From Podospora anserina (Eukaryota), in assembly GCA_017654855.1 (NCBI GenBank), contig CM030338.1, forward strand, positions 2,666,001 through 2,730,000: a stretch of DNA of 64,000 bases, written 5' to 3'. The notes under the pieces are model-generated. The model did not search any database. It was not told the DNA's origin and saw nothing but the letters and a program-made list of their open reading frames with translations. A program made the translations under genes and the position numbers. Below are positions 46,852 to 56,941 of this stretch, in pieces. The number at the start of each line of letters is the position of its first letter. Position 1 is the stretch's first letter.

Positions 46852-48765
46852 TGGATTTCCTACGGTCTGCTGCCCCCTTTCCTCCCCCCTTTCACCCGCA
46901 TCGGTTGCGCGGTTGATTTTTCCAAGATTGCCCAAGCTATTTTTCTCTCTGGTTCAAACCCTCCAACGGGGCCAAGATATCCGTGGCCTTCTCTGCGGAT
47001 TCCTTGACTTCTTGGGTCCTCTCGGGATCCCGGGACAAGCGGTGGCCCGTTTCCTCGTGGGATTCTCTTGGAAAGCTTGGTATCAACAATGAAAGGTGAG
47101 ATGACGTCGGGTGTAGTGTAACAATAACATCAACAATTCGATCAGCGACAACAGATGGAGGTGAGGATATCGACATCGACGACCACGTCCAACACCATTG
47201 CTGTTGTCACCAGGGATTTCACGCCCCCGCTTATTTTCCCCAGTGAAGTTCTTTGCAATCAAGAAAAATGGGCCAGAAAGATATCTCGACGCATGTAAAC
47301 AAATCCGCGCATAAAATCCACGTGTGAACATCCGAATCGCTATCACAAGCCGAAAAAACATCAACACGTGCTCGCCGACACCGGTTGGCTGATCCGAAAT
47401 CAGAGCAAGGCTATCCCAGAGATACTCGGTCTCGACATTGAGGTGGAGATGTCGACAACATTGTCTTGAAATCGATAATGAGTTCATTAATACCTGCGCA
47501 GTCTAGACTCAAGGTCATTCGTTTACTCAAGGGAGTTCCTGGCTTGGGGTTGAAGACATGGCAGGTTACCCTAGGTACCTCCTGGTTCATCTTCCTAGGT
47601 ATACAGGATCGGTAACAAGACCATCGATCATTCATCGTTTCAAGTCTGTAGGGAGAGGTAGAATGCACAATGAAGATCACTTCGGCGCGATCTTTTTGTC
47701 ATCGGACACAGCTAGGATATCCCGTTCAAGCACTATCTTCCTCAAAACCTACTCAAGATCTCAGACAGCCAACGCACCATGCACCTGTGTGTGGTTACTC
47801 CTACCTTCCAGTAAATGAATCAAGGAAATATATGTGCAGTCAGCATACCCAGAAGTTGAGAGGCGTCGTTCCCCTCGGTGCAGCCGAAGTCTTGCTGAGC
47901 TTGAAGCCGAGTGTCAGGACTGAAAAAGCCAGGAGAGTAGGTGCATTACTTTTCCATCGCCCCATCCCCCTCTCCCCAATACCCTCTTCCCAAAGCTACC
48001 CACCTGAACGAAATTCCCACAAGCTTATCACCCAACATAAAGCCTACGTACCTATCTCCGGAGAACACCTGCTGCTAACCACCCACCCCAACACCTTAAC
48101 CCCCCCGCCCCTTTTCCTCATGATATACACCTCCAAACATCCTCCGACAGATTTATTCCCCATAGCCACCTGCAACTATTACCCGGTTGTTATCTGATCG
48201 TACGAGCTTCACTGCCAACCACTGCTTCAAGGTAGACAAGCTCGGCCGAGATAATAAACACCTACCCACTGCCACCTTCTTGCAATATAGTGCTTGGAAG
48301 CGGTTGTAAACAATCCTGGTAGGTAACTCGGAAAAGTGTTTTGAAGTCATGATGGATAGGCGTTCAAGTCTCGACTACCTAGACATGTAAGGACCATCAA
48401 GTAAACCTGTTTCTATTTTGCAGGAACTCTGCCATCAATGCTATTTTCAAGAGACCTCCCACAATCGGCAGTGGGTGTGATACTATCTTCAGCAGGCCTT
48501 TTTCACCGTAGGAGATCATCGAATCGAGTCCCGAGGCGTATAGTGACACCCGTGAGACGGCAAAAAGGCTTCAGTTGACCTGCCCCTGATTAAGAAAAGC
48601 CCTATTAATTGCAAGACACACCATCAAAATCACAAACGCGCATACTGGCGCAAGATTTCTCAATCAAGTATGCAGCTCGCTGGCTTGTTTCGCATTGCGC
48701 TTCTCCCTCCGAGAGCTGAAAACGGGTATACTCCCTATCTAAGCATGCAATGTCTCTTTCCCCCT

Positions 48766-50785
48766 CTACCAATCATCAACCCCACCGCTCTGCACCGGCG
48801 CATAAGTCGAAAAATTCATCTCAAACTGCGCAGGTCTAACCGGGCGACCACCGTCAGAATCCTCACCACCACTCGTCCAACCCTCCTTCTCGACCAGCTC
48901 GGCAAAAGGAACATGATGCTGAGCAATCCGAGGCACCTGGACGCCCTCTCTGCGAGCTCTTCTCAAACTCTCCTCACGCTGCTTGGCCGCCAAACCGATC
49001 ATGGCCTGCAAGGTGTAAACGGCGTCATTGCCAGCATTGTGCAGGTTCTTCGTCTGGATCCCCAAGAACTCGCAGACAGTGCTCACGCTGGGCTGCTTGT
49101 TGCTGCGGACGGCATACTGGTACATATGCTTGGTGTCGATAATCTCGAGAACGTTCTGGGCCTTGTAGATGTTGTACTTGATCGCCTCGAGAAACTTGAT
49201 ATCAGAACCAGACTCGTGGAAGACCAGCACAACCGGGTAAGGGCTGTTGTCAATGATGGTTTCCATGGTCTCGGGCACATGTTTACCCTGAACAACCTCG
49301 GTTTCACTGTTCGCGCTGTTAGGGTGTTCCTCGTTTGTGATTAAAGAGAGTGAGCAGAACTTACCCAAAGTCAAAGTTCTCAGGGCAACCCTTGACGTAT
49401 TTTTTGTTCTGAGCCCAGGTGTACTCCGCTACCCAGAAGTGGCGAGCTTCAATGGCCTTGAACCAACTCTGGCCGTTTTCACCTGGGGCCATGTCCTTGA
49501 GATTGGGTGTGTCCAGAATGGCGACGCCAACCTCGGTGATGATGTTCGGATTTTTCTCCCAGGCTTCAACATCGATACACACAAACCTCACCGCAGAAGG
49601 CTGGGCAGTGGCTTCAGCTGTCTTGTGCTCGCGGAGACCAAGGTAGCACTGTGTGCGCTTCAATCCGTGACCCCAAGCAAGGTGGGCTTCAAAGCGCTTG
49701 TACGCGTTCTTCTTGGCCTTTTCAGTCTTCTTGTGGGAGTTGGAAATCATCTTCAAGACAGAGATGAGCTTCGCCTGCCCCTCCTCGGTTCCTTGCTGGA
49801 TATCGTCCTTGGGCTTCGGGCGGGGAACAAGACCACAGAGGTCCTTGAATTCATCGGCACTGTGGGTGCGGCCAAGAAAACGAGGTCGAGGCGTGTTGCC
49901 ATCGCCAAAAACCAGTCTGAACTTGGCTTCGTTCTTGCCGGGGGGGATGGTAAGGTTGATTTCCAACCGAGCATTGATCGTGTCCAACATATGCTGGAAC
50001 TGGTAGGTGGGCACAAACAGCCCAGGCTTAGGATGGATCGTTTTGGGCTGGTGAAGGTAATAACTATTGTCAAATCTGTCAGCCCCCGTCGATTTGCCAT
50101 CCCACAAGATCAAAACTTACATATCCCAGACCCGGTTCTTGTGAAGTCCTTCAATGGTAAACATTTCCTTGGCCTACACTCGTTAGTCAGTCAAACACGG
50201 TCAAGTGATGATGAAAATCGCAACTAACACGCTCCCCATTGCGTTTGCCAACAAACATCTCGGGATAACCGCGGACCATCTTCCACGAAACAAACTCGGT
50301 GCCCTCCGGAGAGAGATCGCCTCTCTCGAGACCCGTCTCCTTCCACATCAGGCCTTCCTTCTCAAGTGTCTCGGGGTTGAGCTTGAATTCTGGCATGTCC
50401 TCAAGAATGGCTCTCGCCTTGCTGGTCTTGTCCTTTTTGATCAGTTGCGAGGCAATCTCCAGGTTGAGCCGGTGCGGCGAGGTGGAGTCCTTGACCTCAA
50501 GATTCCTAATATTGAAGATCATGCCACCAGTCGAGTCGTCAGAGTCGTACTGATCGTAGTCATAAGTCATCTCTGTTTGAGTAAAAACCATCAGTATAGC
50601 CTTTCAGCCACATCAAGATAAAAAGTTTGCTCACGCTCGATCGTCTCCTCATCCACACTCCGCCAGAAAGAAGGGTCGATGCCCTTGAACAAATCGGGCT
50701 CGCCAGTGGCGGCCACCAACTGCTCAATGAAGGCCTCGTCGGCCTCGCGCTCCTCGGCAGGAAACATGTTGTTGGTGGACATCAT
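48766..50785 (-). CDS. qip: QDE-2-interacting protein QIP (DEDDh exonuclease of quelling/MSUD); exons ~50785-50635, 50572-50229, 50173-50121, 50063-49365, 49306-48766
   Basis: FVSWKMVRGYPEMFVGKRN, WDIYYL, PRPRFLGR, LKRTQCYLGLR, FVCIDVEAWE..ITEVGVAILD, GCPENFDFG, LHNAGNDAVYTLQAMI. Four canonical introns keep the frame. Start codon (50785/50782/50767) uncertain. Confidence 0.85.
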
Positions 50786-50894
50786 GTACCTGTCCACGGG
50801 GTCCTTGGTCTTCCCCTCGTTCACCGAGGAAACGTCGCTCTCCGATGTGGTCCAGTCCTCAAACTCTGGCTCGCTGGTCAGCAAAAAGATCCCG

Positions 50895-51110
50895 TCAAAG
50901 TCTGGCTCGCTCGCGGACAGCCTCACCGGCTGGAACCGGACAAGCCGGGAGCGCAGGCGACTCTCCGTCGCCGGCACGCGCGGGATCTCTCGTCCCAGCG
51001 CTTCTCTGCGCCGCGTCAGCGGCCGCGGCGTTTTCTTGGGCTCGCTCGCCCGCGAGGGCGGCGGCCCACCCAAACCAGGGGGTGCCGAAAGAAAAGTCCA
51101 TCTTTGGCAT
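50895..51110 (-). CDS. Candidate small ORF/uORF (71 aa, MPKMDFSFGTPWFGWAAALAGERAQEN...) ending about 110 nt before the qip ATG
   Basis: ATG-started ORF. Its degraded duplicate at 41.7 kb aligns without gaps in this frame, with 6 purely synonymous codon changes. Confidence 0.35.
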   Translation of the reverse strand: MPKMDFSFGTPWFGWAAALAGERAQENAAAADAAQRSAGTRDPARAGDGESPALPACPVPAGEAVRERARL

Positions 51111-51988
51111 ATTTCTTTGCCAAATTGCTTTTCGGTCTCTAGGGAAAAGAGAAAAGAGGGAAAAGCTTACCAGTCGTGGGTATGTGCTGCAAATACTCGC
51201 AGCCTGGATTTCGTGGGGACGGCGACTAAGCGGCAAGGGCAATGATGTCGTCGATGACGGGGGTGGGTGCTCAAGACTAAGCAAGCCTGGTGCTTGATGA
51301 TGTCGTCGTGGACGAGGGGTAGGTGGGTGGCAGACGACGACTAATCGCTTAGTCGTTCCTCAAAGTCGGTTGTGCGAGGGAGAGAGTTCTCGGGAAGGAA
51401 GGAAGCAAGGAGCGCAGTGAATGTGGGTGGAAAAGGAGACAAAACTGGGCATCAAGAGCAAGCAAACGGACAAACACTTGGCAGAAACAGTATGAGAGTC
51501 AAAGACAAGCAAACCATGGGTTAGACTAACATGAGCTTGTTCCCTTCACACGTTTCGGGCGAGATTGTTTACCTTCAAGAGAGTTGGCCAAGGGGTGATG
51601 ATGAAAGTAAATATGAGGCTCATTCCTTAGTATGACTGGGCATGCATTGGTGGAGCCCAACGGCCTGCATGGCTCACCCAGGCTCACCATCGCTGTCTGC
51701 TGGAAGCACACCAGGCATCCAAGCCATTTATTCTGGTGCACAAAACAGTTCTCATGTACAATATTAACCAGTAACTCTGCCTGTCGTGTTACCTCAAAAA
51801 CTCAGGTCATGGGGGGAACCTCAGGCAAGTATTGCAAAGGATTTCCCAAGAGAGCGAATATGAGTGCTCAAAGAATGTGATGAAAGTCATCCTCAGAATC
51901 CCAGTGCTATTTTCAATGCTTTAAACTATCTCTACCCCCCAGCACTCTCGTTCCCAAAATCTGTAATTTACAATCTCCCCTTTGATTA

Positions 51989-54919
51989 TTAAACCCTCCC
52001 CCTCTTCGCCACCGGCGACCTAGACCTCGATCTCGAACTGCTGTAATACCTCCTCTTGTTCCCATAACCCCCAACAGACCTCGACCTCGACCTTGAAGGC
52101 GACCGTCTCCTCACATCCCCATCCCGACTCCTAGGCGGATGCCCTAGAGGTGAGGGCGAGCGCGTATACCGCATTTGCTTCCTAGCAGGAGGAGAACCCC
52201 GAGTTTTACTCCGGCTTCTACTAACAGAGTAAGAATCATCCCTCCTCCGCTTGACAGCCGTGGACCGATCAGCAACGGGAGAGCCAGATCTCGAATACGA
52301 CAGGCTGCGCGTACGGCTGCGGCTGCGGCCACGGCGGGGTGGCGGTGAAAAGCTCCTATCCCTGGCATTCCCCACAGGACTCCGAGCCCGTGGCGGAGGG
52401 GACCGTGACCAGCTCCTACTACGGCTTCTGCTCATGCTGCGGTCCTTGCTAAGGCTCCGGCTGTCGCGGCGGCCAGCACGTGGTGGGGGAGAACGAGAAA
52501 TAGATCGTCTGGGAGAAACGGAACGAGAATAGCTGCGGCTTCTGCTACGGCTGTAAGAATCGTCCCTCGCCCGACGAGGCGGAGTGCGAGACAGAGACCG
52601 GCCCCTGCTGATGGCCTTGCGCGGTGGTGTCCGAGAACGAGACCGAGAAGAGTAAGACGAATAAGATGAGTAGCTGGACACTGACTCCGAGTCTGAGTCC
52701 GCAGGTGGTGCCGGCAGCGCTGGTTTCGGCATGTTCTGCAGAAACTCTCTCATCTCGTCGGTGAGGTAGCCCATCTTGATCGAAGTGAAGTAGTTGATCG
52801 AGAAGCGAATGTTGCGCGGTTCGTCGTGCGGGAACAGGCCCTCCAGGCTCGGCTTCAAGATATCCTCCGACAGCCTCGTCTTGAGCTTGACAGTGCCCAT
52901 ATTCTCCTGCAAGTCCTCAAACAGAATCTTGATGAAAATACGGCTCGCCGACGTCGTCTCCTCCTCGTTCAGGTGAATGATCGAAAGAACATGCCACCCA
53001 ATCGAATCCGACGACAACAAATGCCCAAAGAACCTCGCGATATTCCTCAGCTTGTTCGTCTCGTACCGATGAATCGTCGTATAGTACTTCATAAACGACT
53101 CCTCAAACAGCTCCATCCACATCCGATTCAGCCTCGCAAACCTCTCTCCCAGCAACCCCATAAACTTGAGATACACCTTCTCCTGCGCGCATGACTCCAC
53201 GATCATGGACACCAACTCGGGCTCCTGTCCCACCGGCAACCTCAACTTCATCAGCTTATGCGCCGCCTCCTCCGGATCCGCACTCGACTGAATGCTCAGG
53301 TAAATCGTCCTCCGCAAGTTGACCAAATCAGCATTGCTCTGATCCTTGATCTCAATCGCCTTTGTCTCCTCCTCCTCCTCCTCGTCCTCACTATCACTAT
53401 CCTCACTCCCGCTCCCATCCTCATCCTCACTCCCGCTTTCCTCTCCCAAAATCTGCGCCTTCAACTTCTTATACTCGGCCTCATTCGCCTCCCAATCCGG
53501 ATCAAACTTGAAAATATTCAGCGTATCCTCCGTCTTGATATCCTCATCCAGCCCAATCTTGTGCGTGATCTGATCCTCCTCCTCCACCAGGTCCAACTCC
53601 TCCTTGATCACCGGATTGTCCTTGTACTTGTCCTTCCTGACCTGAAACAGCACCTCGATCATGTACTGCGTCCTCTTGTCGATATCAGCCTCGTGCAAGA
53701 TGCGCCTAAACTCATCAAACACGGCGTGCGCCATCGTAGGCGACATCTCCTCCAGAAACAACCCCACCTCCCTCATCAACCCAACCGCAATCTCCACGCT
53801 GTCGTCCGTCGGCTTCCGCAGCAACAGCAGCAGCATCTGCGCCGCGAGGTTCTCGTGAACAACTTGATTGTTGACCAAATGCGCAATAAACATGGTACTC
53901 GACAAGCAAACCGCCTTGTCATTCCTCTTGAAAGCCTTCCGGAACCGCATAATCAGCCTCTTGACCAGCAACTCCCCAACCTGCGGCAGCTTCGTGTTGC
54001 AAATGGCAGCCAGACAAGCGTAAATAGGAGTAAACGGCAAACTAGCATGCTGCGCCTTGAGCAGACTCTGACAAAACAACCCTCTGCCCCTGATCAAATT
54101 CTCATTGAACAGCTCGGGAACCACAAACTTGATATTCGCCGTGTTGACCTTGTTGACCAAGCCATTGATGGACTTCTTCAACGCTTCCCAAGCCATGCGT
54201 TGATACTCCTTGCTCGTCTTGTCCGTAATAGCAGCCTGCAAAGCGCGCAGCTTCTGCGGTGGCAGATACACACCCTGACTGCGAAGGTTGAGCAGCTTCT
54301 GGTATTCAGCCCTCATATCCTCAAGCTTTTCCTCTTCCGTCTTCGCCGGCGGCGCAGGAGGAGGGGGGGTGCGCTCTCTCTTGGCCGGCGCAACAGGAGC
54401 AGGGCGGTACCGATCCGGCCCATCGCGGCGAGGGGGCGGGGAATGTCTTCTCGGAGGCGGCGACCGGCCATGATGTCTCGAAGGGGGGCTCCGATCCCTA
54501 ATTGGATAGCGGCGCTCATCATCTCTGTCCCTCGGCGAAAAAGACCGTCGGTCCCGTGGAGAGAAGGATCGGTTTCTGCGCGCTGGCGATTGACGGCGGG
54601 AATGGGCCGGCGTCGGGGATCTCTGAGGGGAAGCATCGCGTGAGTGCACCTCCCCATTCTCCATCGGTGATCTGGATCTAGACCTCTCCTCATGGCGGTG
54701 CTCTCCCGACTCTATGGACGGCGACCTCTCATCAACCCCATCTCTCCTCGGCGTCGGCGATCGTCCTCGAGAATCCTGTGACATCTCCCTTTCTCTCCTC
54801 GGCGTCGGCGATTTTGATTTCGACACCGATCTCGATCTTGACCTCGACTGGCGTGGACTAGGCGACCTCTCAACCTGTCGCGTAATCGAGGCGCTCTCCT
54901 CCCTCTCCGGTGTCGCCAT
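51989..54919 (-). CDS. CWC22: Pre-mRNA splicing factor Cwc22 (MIF4G + MA3/MI, RS-rich termini)
   Basis: GVYLPPQKLR, EYQRMAWEALKKSINGLVNKVN, ENLIRGRGLF, PTDDSVEIAV, NPVIKEELDLVEEEDQITH, ETNKLRNIARFFGHLL, RFSINYFTSI. First ATG at 54919. Confidence 0.97.
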   Translation of the reverse strand: MATPEREESASITRQVERSPSPRQSRSRSRSVSKSKSPTPRREREMSQDSRGRSPTPRRDGVDERSPSIESGEHRHEERSRSRSPMENGEVHSRDASPQRSPTPAHSRRQSPARRNRSFSPRDRRSFSPRDRDDERRYPIRDRSPPSRHHGRSPPPRRHSPPPRRDGPDRYRPAPVAPAKRERTPPPPAPPAKTEEEKLEDMRAEYQKLLNLRSQGVYLPPQKLRALQAAITDKTSKEYQRMAWEALKKSINGLVNKVNTANIKFVVPELFNENLIRGRGLFCQSLLKAQHASLPFTPIYACLAAICNTKLPQVGELLVKRLIMRFRKAFKRNDKAVCLSSTMFIAHLVNNQVVHENLAAQMLLLLLRKPTDDSVEIAVGLMREVGLFLEEMSPTMAHAVFDEFRRILHEADIDKRTQYMIEVLFQVRKDKYKDNPVIKEELDLVEEEDQITHKIGLDEDIKTEDTLNIFKFDPDWEANEAEYKKLKAQILGEESGSEDEDGSGSEDSDSEDEEEEEETKAIEIKDQSNADLVNLRRTIYLSIQSSADPEEAAHKLMKLRLPVGQEPELVSMIVESCAQEKVYLKFMGLLGERFARLNRMWMELFEESFMKYYTTIHRYETNKLRNIARFFGHLLSSDSIGWHVLSIIHLNEEETTSASRIFIKILFEDLQENMGTVKLKTRLSEDILKPSLEGLFPHDEPRNIRFSINYFTSIKMGYLTDEMREFLQNMPKPALPAPPADSDSESVSSYSSYSSYSSRSRSRTPPRKAISRGRSLSRTPPRRARDDSYSRSRSRSYSRSVSPRRSISRSPPPRAGRRDSRSLSKDRSMSRSRSRSWSRSPPPRARSPVGNARDRSFSPPPRRGRSRSRTRSLSYSRSGSPVADRSTAVKRRRDDSYSVSRSRSKTRGSPPARKQMRYTRSPSPLGHPPRSRDGDVRRRSPSRSRSRSVGGYGNKRRYYSSSRSRSRSPVAKRGRV

Positions 54920-55375
54920 CGTCTTTTCTTTTTTCCACACGCGTGTTTTCCAATGATTTGTCCCTGATAAACTCTCGCGCGCCAATTTGTTTCTCAGTTT
55001 CGCAGAAAAGCGATGTCGATTTGGCAATTTCGTTGCCGATGGAAAGTTTAACAAGGCTGTGTTTGCAACAGTTTCCGTCCTCAAGCGCAACCTGCACCTA
55101 CAGTTGCACTAACCGTTGGCCCCACTTTTTACTTTTCTCTTCTTGCCTGCCGGGAAGCTCCCCCCAGAAAACGCGAACCCCTGACGCGCCACTGGCCAGG
55201 CCACCGTGGAACTGAGCTTCAGCGTTGCTGTCCCGAACTTTGCGACAACCACCAACCATCAACACCATCACCACTTGCCTCGTCCACCACCGTCAACAAC
55301 CTTGACGATTTAACGTTTAATTCAATTCAATTCACTCCTTTACACCCCTTATTTATTTATTTTCCCAATCTCACA

Positions 55376-55808
55376 ATGGTCTGTCTTCCTCCCCATCTTT
55401 GCCACCACCCGCCCTATCTAACACTGATTAATCTCCAGCTCGACAAACTCGCCGGCCTCGCCATGCTAGCAGCAGCCTCCGCCGTCTTCCTCTACTACAC
55501 AATCTGGACTCTTCTTATGGTACTTACTTCCTTCATTCCCCCCCTTCTCCCCTTTTCCTCTTAAACCCCCTCACCCCAGACCCATCACTAATAATCCAAA
55601 AACCCAACAGCCCTTCGTAGACTCCGACCACCCACTCCAAAACTTCTTCCCCCCCCGCGTCTGGGCCATCCGTCTCCCCGTCATCCTCGTCCTCCTCGGC
55701 TCCGCCGTCGTCGGCTCCTTCCTCTCCATCGTCATGATCAGGTCCAACCGCAAAAAGGCCCTCAAGGCCGCCAAGGCGGCCGAGGAGGCGGCCAAGAAGA
55801 AGTCTTGA
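55376..55808 (+). CDS. DPM2: Dolichol-phosphate mannose synthase regulatory subunit DPM2; exons 55376-55378, 55439-55519, 55611-55808
   Basis: Spliced product MLDKLAGLAMLAAASAVFLYYTIWTLLMPFVDSDHPLQNFFPPRVWAIRLPVILVLLGSAVVGSFLSIVMIRSNRKK...; the first exon is the ATG only. Confidence 0.92.
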
Positions 55809-56311
55809 ATCAAACACTACGCTATATGTTTTGCATTGTTGGAGGAGGAGGAGGAGGATGCCATTATCACTGTGAAGAAGGATGGGTTGATTTAGCCCAG
55901 GGTGGCAGGCAGTTTATGAGAAAAGGAAGGGATCTATCTATCTATAATACACCACAACCATCTTGTTGGGACAACAACAACAACAACAACAGCAACAGCA
56001 ACAAGTGGGAAATAACGAGACAGAGAGAAAGTGAAAAAAAAAAAGGAAAAAAGACTAATAAAATACCTTGCCTACTCTTGCTCCTCCAACATAAGAGCAA
56101 GATCAAAACACACCAAGAGCCACATATTGTCTCATATCAACCAATGCAATCTGTCGGCCATTATATCAAAAACCATGTCAATACTCACTCTCTCGTACAA
56201 AGCTACTGGGATATCCCATCCATCACCACCCCCCTTCCCCAACTCCACTACTATACCTCCGTGCTCCCCACACCACTACCAAAAAATCTCCAAAAAAAAA
56301 TAGAGGATGAG

Positions 56312-56403
56312 TGCGGTTTATGTGGATCGAACACATGACCTTCAGATTGTAAATTACCAAAGTTGACTTCAGTCTGACGCTCTCCCAACTGAGCTAAACC
56401 CGC
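56312..56403 (-). tRNA. tRNA-Phe(GAA) with a ~19-nt intron
   Basis: GCGGGTTTAGCTCAGTTGGGAGAGCGTCAGACTGAAG-[intron]-ATCTGAAGGTCATGTGTTCGATCCACATAAACCGCA. A and B boxes and acceptor stem present; T9 Pol III terminator at 56292-56300. Confidence 0.95.
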
Positions 56404-56941
56404 TACTTGTTGATGCATCACCATCTCAATATCACAGTCCATATCTGCCTTTCCCTTTCCCCCCTTCACCACATACACAATCACTTTCATATTGGAACCC
56501 AAAAAGATTTGTCAAACACCATCCTTTTTATTGAGGATCAATGTCCAACTAAAAAAAAAAAAAAATCCCGACTACTCACTTTCATCCTCGTTTTCATCGG
56601 GACAAAAACTATCTACTTGATTGGTGTTTGTCGGTTTCTGGTTGTTGTTGTTATCATGCCCACCCTCCACTCGCCGTCACTCCTCAGTAACAGGCCCCTA
56701 TTCCAAACCCAACCCATAACCCCCAAAGCCTGACCCCTCTGTCCAAAATAGACACAAAAGCCAAACCTACCCAAACGCCCAACCCCCAAGAGTAGAGTTA
56801 GTAGTAGTTATTGATGTTTAATCCCACACACAAAAGCAACACAAACCCGGTCTCAACTCCCGCATGTTGCTGCCGCTGCTGACCCATCTATAAAATCCCT
56901 TTCCTCCCCCACCCCCAAAAAAAACTCCTCGCTTCATTCGC

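Noticed and set aside
21452-50785. dsRBD-like gene and qip as an RNA-silencing cluster
   Set aside because: They are about 26 kb apart, separated by unrelated housekeeping genes.
50900-51140. GC-rich segment with GAAAAGTCC as RNase MRP/P RNA
   Set aside because: No matching second P4 strand or other conserved regions were found by eye; an Infernal/Rfam scan would settle it.
53258-54643. Long antisense ORFs (also 25749-26987, 43647-44534, 49337-50227, 34923-35645)
   Set aside because: Shadow frames of real genes with biased codon usage; no domain signal.
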